Assembly: GCA_964359495.1 (NCBI GenBank)
Contig: CAYHTG010000002.1
Coordinates: 8,943 to 54,031 of the forward strand
Length of the DNA stretch: 45,089 bases
Direction: 5' to 3'
Source: an uncultured Candidatus Peribacteria bacterium
Lineage (GTDB): Bacteria > Patescibacteriota > Gracilibacteria > UBA1369 > 2-02-FULL-48-14
Positions 8,576 to 19,100 of this stretch are shown here, one piece after another. The notes under the pieces are model-generated. The model was not told where the DNA came from. It worked only from the letters and a program-made list of their open reading frames with translations, and ran no database searches. Within the stretch, counting starts at the first letter, position 1. The number at the start of each line of letters is the position of its first letter. Made by a program: the position numbers and the translations under genes.

Positions 8576-11500
8576 TTAGGCCTTTCTTACGGCAAGTTTA
8601 GCTGAGAACCCTTCGATATTGAAATCTTTTTCTAAATCCCACTCAAAATTACCCCCTTGCATCAGTTCCTCCGCCAAGGTTTCTTCGCGAATGATCCCGG
8701 CAAATTGAGTCACCGCAGCTTCCAACTTACCTTCACTTTTGACTTGAGCATGGATACGATCGCTCACTTGGTAACCTGCTTCTTTGCGCAGATCTTGAAG
8801 ATGACGTACCACTTCCCGCATGAGACCTTCGAGCTCGAGCTCTTCCGTGAGATTTAAATCAAGAGAAACCACCGTGCCATCCTCAGACTCAATATCTATG
8901 CCTTCCTTCCCTTTATAAGCCATCTCGACTTCATTGGGTTCTAAAGTGAAACCGGCCACCACCACTTTTCCGTTTTCCAAAACCTTAAAATTTCCACTTT
9001 TTGCTTCCCGTATGATTTTTTGAACTTCTTTCCCATATTTTGGACCCAAGAGTTTTGCGTTCGGCAGGGCGACGAAATCGGCCAAGTCTCCCGCATTTTC
9101 CAATATTTCGAGTTCTTTAACATTCAGTTCTTCAAGAATCACTTCTTTTTGAAGGGTTACTTTTTCGGGATTCACGGATTTAGGAAGTCCGATGATCACT
9201 TTTTGCAAAGGCTGACGAACGCGAATTTTTTTCTTTCCACGAATGGCGTGACCTAAGTTCACAATTTGCCTAGCCAAATGGATTTCCTCATTAAGTCCCT
9301 GATCAATTTTTTCTTCTTCGGCTTTGGGCCAGTCAGAGAGGTGCACCGATTCTTGCTCCGTTAGATTTCTGTAGATTTCATCAGCGAGAAAAGGCATAAA
9401 GGGAGCCAGGAGCTGTGAAAATTTTACTAAAACTTCGTATAAAGTGCTGTAAGCGCAGAGTTTATCTCCATCATTTTCCGATTTCCAGAAACGACGACGA
9501 CTACGCCTGACGTACCAGTTTGAAAGGTCGTCTACAAAATCCAGCATGGGACGGGTTGCTTTGGTGAGGTTGTAGTTGTCCATGTTTTCCGTGACTTCTT
9601 TAATCAAGTCATTGAGACGAGAAAGAATCCAAAGGTCGAGTTTGTGAGTACTGTCTATTTTTAAGCTCGGCTGCGCCGAGTAACCATCAATATTCGCGTA
9701 AGTCACAAAAAAGCTATAGGTGTTCCAAAGGGTAAGAGTGAATTTCTTAACAAGTTCATCTACATGTTGTTCGGAAAAACGCACATCTTCCGCAAGAGGC
9801 GCTGTGGAGGTGTAAAGAAACATGCGGGTGGAATCCACACCCTTCTCTTCGAAAAGGAATTTGGGGTCGGGATAGTTTTTCTTTCGTTTGGAAAGTTTTT
9901 CTCCGTCAGCGGCAAGGAGAATCCCGTTCACAATGACGTTTTTAAAGGCCGGTTTGTCGAACAAAATGGTCGCGAGCACATGAAGGGTGTAAAACCATCC
10001 CCGAGTTTGATCGACTCCTTCGGCAATGAAGTTGGCCGGAAAATTATTTTCAAATTCTTCTTTGTTCTCGAAAGGATAGTGGAGCTGAGCGTAAGGCATG
10101 GCTCCCGATTCAAACCAACAATCGAGGACTTCAGGGATGCGCTGCATCATCCCGCCGCATTTTGTACAAGGAAACGTGACTTCATCAATATAGGGTTTAT
10201 GCAAATCGACTTCCCCCTCCCGCATGGGAACTTTTCCACTGCGCGCTTTCAGTTCTTCAATGGAACCAAGGCACTCTTGCGCCTCGCACTGTTCGCACTC
10301 CCAAATTGGAAGAGGCGTCCCCCAAAAACGATTCCTTGAAATATTCCAATCACGAACGTTTTCGAGCCATTTCCCAAAACGGCCTTCTTTAATATGATCG
10401 GGCTGCCAATGAATTTTTTTGTTGTTGGCGATGAGTTTATCCTTAATATCCGTCACTCGAATGAACCAAGCTTTGGTGGCATAATTGAGAAGCGGCGTGT
10501 CGCAACGCCAGCAATGAGGGTAGCTGTGACGAATATTTTCTTTTTTAAACAATTTCTCGCGTACCTCCATATCCTCGGCGAGGTTTTGGTCTTGAGTTTT
10601 TGCAAATTTACCCGAAAAATTTCCTACCGTTGCATCATAAAGCCCATCCATGGAAACATTAAGAATGAGCGGAAGATTGTGCAGTTTTGCGGCTTCCATG
10701 TCGATTTCTCCAAAAGCGCCGTTGATGGTCGCAATTCCCGTTCCATCTTCATCGCTCACATAATCGGTGGCGACGGTGTGAAAAGCTTTTTCTGATTTCT
10801 GAACCTCGGGATGAGAATTGTAATAATCAAAAACATGTTTGTATTTTTTCCCAATAATTTTCTCGCCTTTGAAGTGCTCAATGATCTCATACTCTGCAGG
10901 GGGCAGATGAGCGAAGGCCCAAGGAACTCGTTTTTCCGCAAGTATGAAATTTCCACGGGGTGTCCGAACCTTAACGTAATCGATGTCTTTTTTTACGGCC
11001 AGCCCCATGGTTGAAGGGATGCTCCATGGGGTCGTGGTCCAAGCAATGAAAAAAGTACCCGGCTCTTCTTCAAGTTCAAATTGTGCGATCACTGAAAGGT
11101 CCGTGACATCTTTGTAGCCGAGAGAAACTTCGAAATTCGAAAGCGGCGTGACGCAACGAGGGCAAACGTGCATGGCTTTAAAATCCTGATACATCATTCC
11201 TTTGTCCCAAATCTGCTTGAAGACCCACCAAATCGATTCCATGTAGTTCGCGTTCAAAGTCGCATAGCCATGCTCAATATCCACCCAACGAGCCAAGCGC
11301 TCCAGGAGTTCATTCCACTGCTCGGTATAACGAAAAACACTTTCGCGACATTTACCATTAAAAGTTTCAATGCCCATGGCTTCGATGTCTTTCCGTCCGT
11401 TTAAGCCCAAGGCTTTTTCAATTTCGTATTCCACGGGAAGCCCATGACAATCCCAGCCGTTCACACGAGGGACATAGTAGCCCCGCATAGTGAAATACCG

Positions 11501-11707
11501 CGTCACCGCATCTTTAAGCGATTGCGCAAGAATATGACCGTAATGAGGAAGCCCATTGGCAAAAGGAGGACCATCGAAAAAAACGAACTTGGGTTTTCCT
11601 TTTCTTTGCTCCACGGATTTCTCAAAAATTCCTTTTCGTTTCCAGTATTCAATGTGTTTATGCTCGATTTCGGGGAGCTGAGTTTTGGGATCGACGGGAC
11701 GAAACAT
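8576..11707 (-). CDS. ileS: isoleucyl-tRNA synthetase
   Basis: HIGH-type motif PHYGHIL, KMSKS-type motif KLSKRKKN, an editing-domain region and Cys-rich clusters (CPRC, CEQCEAQEC, CTKCGG). I chose the start at MFRPVDPKTQ (ATG at 11707), giving 1043 aa. Confidence 0.95.
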   Translation of the reverse strand: MFRPVDPKTQLPEIEHKHIEYWKRKGIFEKSVEQRKGKPKFVFFDGPPFANGLPHYGHILAQSLKDAVTRYFTMRGYYVPRVNGWDCHGLPVEYEIEKALGLNGRKDIEAMGIETFNGKCRESVFRYTEQWNELLERLARWVDIEHGYATLNANYMESIWWVFKQIWDKGMMYQDFKAMHVCPRCVTPLSNFEVSLGYKDVTDLSVIAQFELEEEPGTFFIAWTTTPWSIPSTMGLAVKKDIDYVKVRTPRGNFILAEKRVPWAFAHLPPAEYEIIEHFKGEKIIGKKYKHVFDYYNSHPEVQKSEKAFHTVATDYVSDEDGTGIATINGAFGEIDMEAAKLHNLPLILNVSMDGLYDATVGNFSGKFAKTQDQNLAEDMEVREKLFKKENIRHSYPHCWRCDTPLLNYATKAWFIRVTDIKDKLIANNKKIHWQPDHIKEGRFGKWLENVRDWNISRNRFWGTPLPIWECEQCEAQECLGSIEELKARSGKVPMREGEVDLHKPYIDEVTFPCTKCGGMMQRIPEVLDCWFESGAMPYAQLHYPFENKEEFENNFPANFIAEGVDQTRGWFYTLHVLATILFDKPAFKNVIVNGILLAADGEKLSKRKKNYPDPKFLFEEKGVDSTRMFLYTSTAPLAEDVRFSEQHVDELVKKFTLTLWNTYSFFVTYANIDGYSAQPSLKIDSTHKLDLWILSRLNDLIKEVTENMDNYNLTKATRPMLDFVDDLSNWYVRRSRRRFWKSENDGDKLCAYSTLYEVLVKFSQLLAPFMPFLADEIYRNLTEQESVHLSDWPKAEEEKIDQGLNEEIHLARQIVNLGHAIRGKKKIRVRQPLQKVIIGLPKSVNPEKVTLQKEVILEELNVKELEILENAGDLADFVALPNAKLLGPKYGKEVQKIIREAKSGNFKVLENGKVVVAGFTLEPNEVEMAYKGKEGIDIESEDGTVVSLDLNLTEELELEGLMREVVRHLQDLRKEAGYQVSDRIHAQVKSEGKLEAAVTQFAGIIREETLAEELMQGGNFEWDLEKDFNIEGFSAKLAVRKA

Positions 11708-11749
11708 AAAAAGGGATGAATTTTTACTCTCGCATGTTATCATCACGTT

Positions 11750-12742
11750 ATGAAAAAACCAAAAATTTGTCTCCTCTTCTGTGGTGGAACCATTGGGATG
11801 GTGCGCAATTCAAAGACAGGAGTCCTGGAACCGGCGCAAGACGCGTCCGAGATTTTACGGCTTTTTCCGGAACTGCAGAAAATCCTCCAGTTTGATTTTA
11901 AGGTTTTAGTGAATATTGACAGTTCGAACATGGATCCTGAGATTTGGACGCAAATTGCAAAGAAAATTCACAGTCTTTACGATCAGTATGATGGATTTGT
12001 AGTGGCTCATGGAACGGATACCATGGCCTACACGGCAAGTGCGATGTCTTTCGCTTTGCAAAATTTAAATAAACCAATAGTTTTTACCGGGTCTTTGGTC
12101 CCTTTGAGTGAAATTGGTTCAGACGGAAGGAATAATTTGATTTACGCTTGTCTCACCGCCACCCTGGATATTGCTGAGGTTTGCATCGTTCTTTCGAATC
12201 ATATTATTCGAGGGAATCGAGCTAAAAAATTCCATGAATCGTTCTCGGCTTTGTTCCACTCCCCCAACTACCCTGTTCTTGGCGAACTCGGTCGTCCGAT
12301 TAAACTGAATGATTGGAGACTCAAACGACGCGACAGAAAACTACACTACCAGCCTTTATTCGACACTAAAATCTCTGTCTTAAAACTTTTCCCCGGTTTT
12401 GATCCTGAAATTATAGACAAAGTGTTGGAACGAAAAGCTCATGGCATTATTTTAGAGGGATTTGGTCCCGGGAACGTCCCCTCCAATATTATTTCAAAAA
12501 TTGAAAAATGTACCAAGCAAGGCGTGCCCTTAGTCTTGGCCAACCAAATGGAGAATGGAGTGACTAACCTTGCCTCTTACGCCGTGGGTTATCAAGCGGA
12601 GCAAGCCGGCGCACTGAGTTCCAAGGACATGACTACCGAATCCACCGTGAGCAAACTCATGTGGGTTTTAGCTCAAACACGAAAACTTTCTGAAATTCGT
12701 AGCCTCATGGAAAGCGATTTGGCCGGAGAAATGAGTGCATAA
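11750..12742 (+). CDS. type I L-asparaginase family protein
   Basis: ICLLFCGGTIGM (catalytic Thr motif) and VVAHGTDTMAYTA (second Thr motif). The ORF is 330 aa and lies divergent from ileS across a 42-bp spacer. Confidence 0.85.
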   Translation: MKKPKICLLFCGGTIGMVRNSKTGVLEPAQDASEILRLFPELQKILQFDFKVLVNIDSSNMDPEIWTQIAKKIHSLYDQYDGFVVAHGTDTMAYTASAMSFALQNLNKPIVFTGSLVPLSEIGSDGRNNLIYACLTATLDIAEVCIVLSNHIIRGNRAKKFHESFSALFHSPNYPVLGELGRPIKLNDWRLKRRDRKLHYQPLFDTKISVLKLFPGFDPEIIDKVLERKAHGIILEGFGPGNVPSNIISKIEKCTKQGVPLVLANQMENGVTNLASYAVGYQAEQAGALSSKDMTTESTVSKLMWVLAQTRKLSEIRSLMESDLAGEMSA

Positions 12743-12818
12743 AAAGATCGCTTGGGTCTATCTTTCGGCTTGTTTGAGCTAAAATATACGCTTCGGAAAA
12801 CTTCGCAAGTCCATATTT

Positions 12819-12847
12819 TTGTCAAGGACGCGGCTTTCACTTATCAT
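12819..12847 (+). promoter_or_regulatory. candidate sigma-70-type promoter for the small-ORF/giant-ORF unit
   Basis: TTGTCA (12819-12824), a 17-nt spacer, then TATCAT (12842-12847). This is read by eye and has no experimental support. Confidence 0.3.
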
Positions 12848-12878
12848 TCGGCACTATTTAATGTTTCACTTGTGCTTT

Positions 12879-13121
12879 ATGGAAAAAATAATCTCTTTTC
12901 AAAGATTTATTATCGAACTGCTGGCCGTGCAGTTGCCCAAACTCAACTTGAGCGAGCTTGAGGTTTTAGGCACTCAGGTGGCGATTTACTCTTATTTTGA
13001 GAACAACAATTCGCTCGAAAAAATTTATTTTGAGATTTTGGATTATTGCGATGAGAACGAAAAATTGAGTGTTTTGCTCCCTAAAATTGAAGACTTTTAC
13101 TCTCAAACCCTCGATTCATGA
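12879..13121 (+). CDS. hypothetical small acidic protein, translationally coupled to the giant ORF
   Basis: The ORF ends in ATGA, overlapping the giant-ORF start at 13118. I chose the ATG at 12879 (MEKIISFQRF..., 80 aa). ATG 12861 and the track start 12819 remain possible. I recognise no family. Confidence 0.4.
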   Translation: MEKIISFQRFIIELLAVQLPKLNLSELEVLGTQVAIYSYFENNNSLEKIYFEILDYCDENEKLSVLLPKIEDFYSQTLDS

Positions 13122-16100
13122 GCGCCAATTCGAGTGTTTCATTGGATTACTACCACGATCTGGAAGGAGAGATCGCTCAGCTTAAAGCTTTTGCCGAGCC
13201 TTTGATGGAGGAAGTGAAAGTAACGCCCCTCATGCCGGTTATTAATCGTATCATTAACCTGAAGGATAGGCTCCTCGGCCTCAGCGAAGGAGAGCTTCAA
13301 TATGTGCAGGCCGAAGTGGCGGAGTGCAAGCGTTTGCTCGATGATATTTCCTACGAATACATCAAACAAATCATCACCAAACCCATTCCTTCGGATGTGT
13401 TTGGAGTCCTTTCCAGCGGCACAGAGTTCGAGAAAACCTTACGATCGGCAATTGGGAAAAAGATTTCTACCGGTAAGGGTGACCCTGAAGTTGCCATCAC
13501 ACCCGACCTGGTTGACGCTCTCACTCGCTACCGATTTTCGCTCGGAACTCCTCCCGTCACGCCCAAAGGGATCCAAACGGTTGAGAAAATTGTTTTTGGT
13601 GGAACTTTGCAAAATATTTATGCCTTTCGAGATCTCATCCGTTGCGATAGAGGGGTTTTTGATCGTTTCTTGGGTGCCGTCGATAGGCTCAATGAGCAAA
13701 GTACTCATTACACGACGGAAGCTGAAAAGCGAGATTTCAAAAAAAAGGCAATTGAGTTCCCCAATTTGGAAGGAGCTCGCGGTCTCACCAAAGCCATTGT
13801 GAGCGGAACGTCCGAAACCGCTCTTCGTTTGGTTAGGGAGCAGCTCTTCAGCAAACATGCGAATGGAAATTGTCCGGTACGAGTGATGGAAGAGGCGGAG
13901 CCTTTTACTCCTCATTTGATGCAAGAAATGAAAGCGGATAAACGATCCATGTTTATCGTGAAGGCAAGCTCCATTCCACATCACATTTTTACGGATGACG
14001 TTCTAAAAGAAGAATGGAAAGGACTTATCGGTCGTTTGGTTGTTATTGATGATTCCGACGCCGCAAAAAGATCGGGTACCGTTTTGGTTTACTCTCTTAT
14101 TCCGGAGGTCACCAGGTATTTGGAGCAATTCCATGTGAAAGATTCCGGAACGCCCGCCAACACGCAAATGAACCTTCGTCTGATTCTGGAGAATTTTAAA
14201 AATGGCGATATTGATCAACTCATTCAAAGTGTAAACGAAAAGGCCGCCCTCTTGGAAGCGGAAGGTGTGCATTTGCTTCCGCACGGAGAAGTTCGAAAAA
14301 AAGAATGGCAAAAAACAGGACAATTGGATTATATGAATTTGAAGAAATTCAAGCGCTTTTTGGAATTTGTGAAAAAAATGAAGTCGGGTGATTTTTCTGA
14401 AATTGGGGAAAATAATCGTCGTCTTGAGAGACGAACCGGTGAGCTCACGATGGATTATTTCTTCAAAGACTTAAAAGGTAAAGGGTATCGTGCCATTACT
14501 GTTCCTCAAGGTGGCGGTCGTCGTGAAATCGGACTTCCGGGACGCTTTCATTTGAAGGGTCACAATAAAAAAGTTGCCGACTTTAAAGGGCAAAAACTCC
14601 AGGCATGCAGAGAAAAACTCCTTGCATTAAAAAGAGATCTTGGAATACCCGAGGAGACCACGGCGGCGGAAGCGGCGGCTTTACAGCGCGCCTTGGACGC
14701 TCGAAGAAGTCCTCACCTTCCCCCTGAGGGAGAAGCCGTCAGTCGTATTGGCGCCAAAGTAAAAACCCGCGTCACGGAAGCCATTCATGAATCGGCGCTT
14801 CGATCGGACGTCGTTGTGAATGCCGTGATTGCCCGTATGGATGAGGTGCTTGGCGCCAATATTCCGGGTTTTATGAAAGGAAAAGTCACGAAACTTCTTC
14901 GAAGTGGTGGGATTGAAGCGGCGGCAAAAATGTTTGACCGTGGACAATTCAGAGCTGCGGCAAACCGTCTCAGAGCCTTGGGAGGGCGCATCAGAGTCGG
15001 GGCCGCCCATCTTGCCGAAAAAATTCAAACCCCTTTGGAAATAATTCGGTCTCGTTTGGAACCGGCTGATCTGGACTTGGTGGAACGTCTTCTGAATGAC
15101 ATTGAGAACGGGTCGTTTGAGCCGAGTCTTGCCTTGTCTGAGGTAAGCTGGACGGTGGGAGATGTTTTACGCGAAGAAGATTTCCCCAAAAAGAACTTTA
15201 TTAAAATTGAGTTGAACGGCGACGGATCGCAAAATCCCGATTCTCTTGAAAGACAATTGGAAGAAAAACGCCGAGCACTCGCCGAGTTTCCGGAACTCTT
15301 TGAGCTGTATTGCTCCAGTATATTGATTTACTTCAATGATCCGCACAATCCGACCTCTCAAGTGGCCAGCCCCCAAGTAAAGCTGAAACTGTTGGATCTT
15401 GCCTCCCGATACAACTTGGCTATTTTGGCCGATGAACCTTATCACAAACAAGTTTCCAAGAAAGTAAAAGACCGACAAGGCGATCCTTCTTTTGCCGAGT
15501 TTTACGAACGATACCGACCTCGTTTCCCCAATCCGGTTCGCATCTACGGCTCCATCTCAACGACGAAGTGGGCCATGGGAGCCGGGCGGCGCACGGGAGT
15601 GCTTCTGACGAATGACAACTCCGTGATGGAAGACGGAAAGAATTTTGAAGATTTTGTGGCCGAGAATATTGATGGCTGCAATGCCATGTCTCTGTACATG
15701 GACCAAGAAACTTTACTCATCGGTCTCCTGGTAAAAAGAGTTTGCAAACCCATTGAGGCTTACATTGATGTGACGAATCCTTACAATATCCTCAGTAATG
15801 CTCTTAATCCTTACGGTAATACTTGTGAGTTGCTTGATCAAATTCTCCATGAGAATTTTTCCGATCTAAACGCGGAAGATTTTAACGCTGCCATGTATTC
15901 ACTTCTTCTTGACTCTCGAAACAAGCTCGATCGACTTCAAGCACGTGGCGCTGAGCCTATGGATTACTATCAATTTTTGAGCGATCTTGTTTCAAAACTT
16001 AAAGAATTCCGGCTCGATAAACAAACTCAAAAAGACTCCGCGCAAAGGAGCCAGGCCGCATGGGAAGCCGTGAAGCGTTTGTCCGCAGAATTTCCAGGCC

Positions 16101-19100
16101 TTGAAGAACGGTGCATCGAGCCACAAGGTCCTTTTTATTTCTTGGTGGGTCTTGATCAAACGACCAATGATCCCGCGCTGCGGCCTTTTCTTTTGGCTCT
16201 GGCACGTGCTCGAAAAATTGAAGTTGTTCCACAGGCCAAAGGGTATGCTCGTTTTGCTTTCGGAGGTTTGGTGGATGGAACCGAGGAAGGATACAAGGAT
16301 TTTAGTTTGGGTATTGAAACGGATCTTCGTTTGCTTCTCAAATATTGGGATGAGTTCCAAGCCATTCGTGCTCGCTTGAACAAAGAAAAAGACCTGGATC
16401 CCATTAACAATGCGCTCAAGGAACTCTTCCCCGGCGGTGAAATTGATTTGGCGCGAACGATACAAGATAAAAGTGTGCTTCTTGAGCGTTTGCGCTCGAA
16501 CCCACGCACCGGAAAAGACAGACTCACCAATCGTTTTTCTCCGGCTGGTTCACAATACATGTCCAGCATTGAACCAGGCTCTCCGACCACCATTGTCACC
16601 ATTCGTGACGTCCAATGTCGAACGGCGGAAGATTTTATAAACAGCGAAGCTTTCCGTGATTTGTTCAATATTTTCTTGCTTCAAGTGAAAGGTCAAATTT
16701 CGGGCTTGGAGCAAATGGAAGACAGTGCCATTATCGCTCAATATGGCGCCGATGAATTTGCGAAACGCTTCGAATCCCGCAACTTCCAAAATGTTCGCCG
16801 TGATATTTTTGAAGAAATCGCCATTCGCGTCGCGAATTTGTGGTTTAACCCGAGTATGATCAAGATTTTGGGACTCAAAATTCCCGACGGTCTTTCAGCC
16901 TCGGACCAAGGAGATCTTTTGAGAGGAGCAGAAGTGAGAATTTCAGACTTTATCCAGACGATTATTCAAGCTTTTGTTAGTCCGGAGAAGGAGGCTCAAG
17001 TTCTCCAAGAAAGAATTGAAATGATCATTAAGGGCTTAAATCAAAAACTTCCTCAAGAAGATAGAGAAAAACTTCTGGTATACACTCGTGATTACGAATT
17101 GTTTTCAGCTTTTTTGAACAGTCTCGACGAAGATTTGGTTCCTCTGCATACGAAAGAAAGATTATTGGCTCTGACTCGAAAAGTCAGTTACCCTGCAAGT
17201 TTTCAAGCCGCTTATCCCACGGTTCGCGGCATCAAGGCCGATTCCGGTTTACAAGCATGGGCTCAAAAATTTATAGGCCGTGCGGAATTCGCCGGACAAA
17301 GCGTGGCTACCGATAGGTCCCCCGCCATGGTTACTCCCGGCACGGCTCGAGTGGCCGGTTATGAGCGAGGTATTTATCGCCGCGACGGAGACGGTAGTTC
17401 CGCTCCCGGGAAAGATTTTTTTAGAAAACGCTTGGGTGAATTTGCCGAAGTTATGAATCCCAAAGACTACGTGTGCAAAATGGTTCAAGTGGGTCCTACG
17501 CGACTCATGCTCGTAATGCACCGATCCTACAGCCACTACATGGTTCATGAACTTCAACTTTTCCCTCAATTCGATGTCTCTTTGGCCGAAATGCAAAATT
17601 TGAAGCCGGACGCCATCTGTTTTATGGGTATTCCCACTAAAACGATCGGGGAAGATTACAGAATCGGTAACTTTTTGGATGAAGATTCCGATGGAACTTC
17701 CATTCCGGTTTCCTGGGTTGATGCTGAGGACATTACCGATTACATGGGCTATTTTAAAAAACCCGTACTGACGGTGGCCAATGAACGGGTAAAAGCCGTC
17801 GGCGGAATGCCCGTTCATGGTTCAGCGCTCACCATTACGGCAAAGAACGGACTTCGTAAAACAGTGGTTATGGGAGGTGACAGCGGAACGGGTAAGTCGG
17901 AAACCATCATCGCGATGACCAATCAAATTATTGAGGGCCTTGGCGGTGCAGAAAATATTGAATCGGTGGAATTGCTCTCGGGAGACATGTTGTCTCTTTT
18001 CGAAGGTGAAGATGGGGAAATGTACATGATGGGAACCGAATCGGGAGATTTTATGCGTTTAACCGATATTCCCAAGGAGTGGCAGGAAAGGATGAGAGAC
18101 TGGATCAGTAGTTCAAGTAAAACCAACCTTGACGACAAAACCAATCCGAGAGCGACCATTAACGGTATCTGCGATCCCAATGTTTTTTTGAGTCCGGTTC
18201 GAGTGAATATCTTCGCCAATATCAATAATTTTGAAAAACCCGAAGGCGCGGCTTTTCAAGAGGACCGAGACCCTGCGAACTTGCTGCTCGATACTTATGT
18301 AAAAGGCTATCGCTGTGAAAAAGGTACCAGTGGAGATCAGCCCAATCTTTTTGCCAGCATCGAGCAGAGTAAAGTGCCTGACCGTGAGACATTGCTCACC
18401 AAATATAAGGAGGATTTGGATCGGCTTCTGGGTTGGAACCTTATTCTGGCAAAGACTGGAAAAGTAAAAACATCCATTCTTTCTTTCAAAGACGTTCCCG
18501 GTGAAGTGTTTAAGGCCAGTCAAATGGTGAAGGATCTTTTTGTCGGGAAGCATTGTGACTATAAAGACAAAGAGAAAAAGGAAGAAAAAAACTATACGAT
18601 TTTAGACGCTCGGTATGCAGTGCGCGAAAATCGTTTTTATGTCACGGTCAAAGATGAAGATACGGGTGCGACGGAGGAAAAACCTTTGGATCGAAACATT
18701 TTCGATGGAGTTTACAATCCCATTGCCAGCACCTATTGCGGAAATCCATTTGTTGATCCGCGCGGTATGGATTCCGTCTTGCGAAGATTTGCAGGGGTAA
18801 TGAAGAAAGCAGGCGTCATTACGGGTAACTTGTACACGGAGTTAGGTGTTGAAGGGGAAGAGCGCAGCGGTCCCGCACGAGCCGCTCAAGCGTTGATTGA
18901 GTTTATTGAAGAAGATCCTCGCATCAATGAACGTTTCCAGCGCAATAAAGATCGTGTTTCACGGGCGCTCACCACAAAATACGGAGCCGCCATTTTGGGG
19001 CAAGGCAGTATTCCTCAAGAAGTGGAGGCTCATAATCTTTATCTTCTGGAAAGACAGGAAAGCGATGCCGTTCATTTGGTGGACAGCGCGAGAAAAACCG

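Noticed and set aside
13139-18553. Many 60-190-aa ORFs on both strands inside the giant gene (for example 13439-13984, 15992-16465, 16156-16668, 17249-17818 and 18113-18553)
   Set aside because: All are nested within, or antisense to, one uninterrupted 6.3-kb frame that carries conserved enzyme motifs. None has a recognisable motif of its own.
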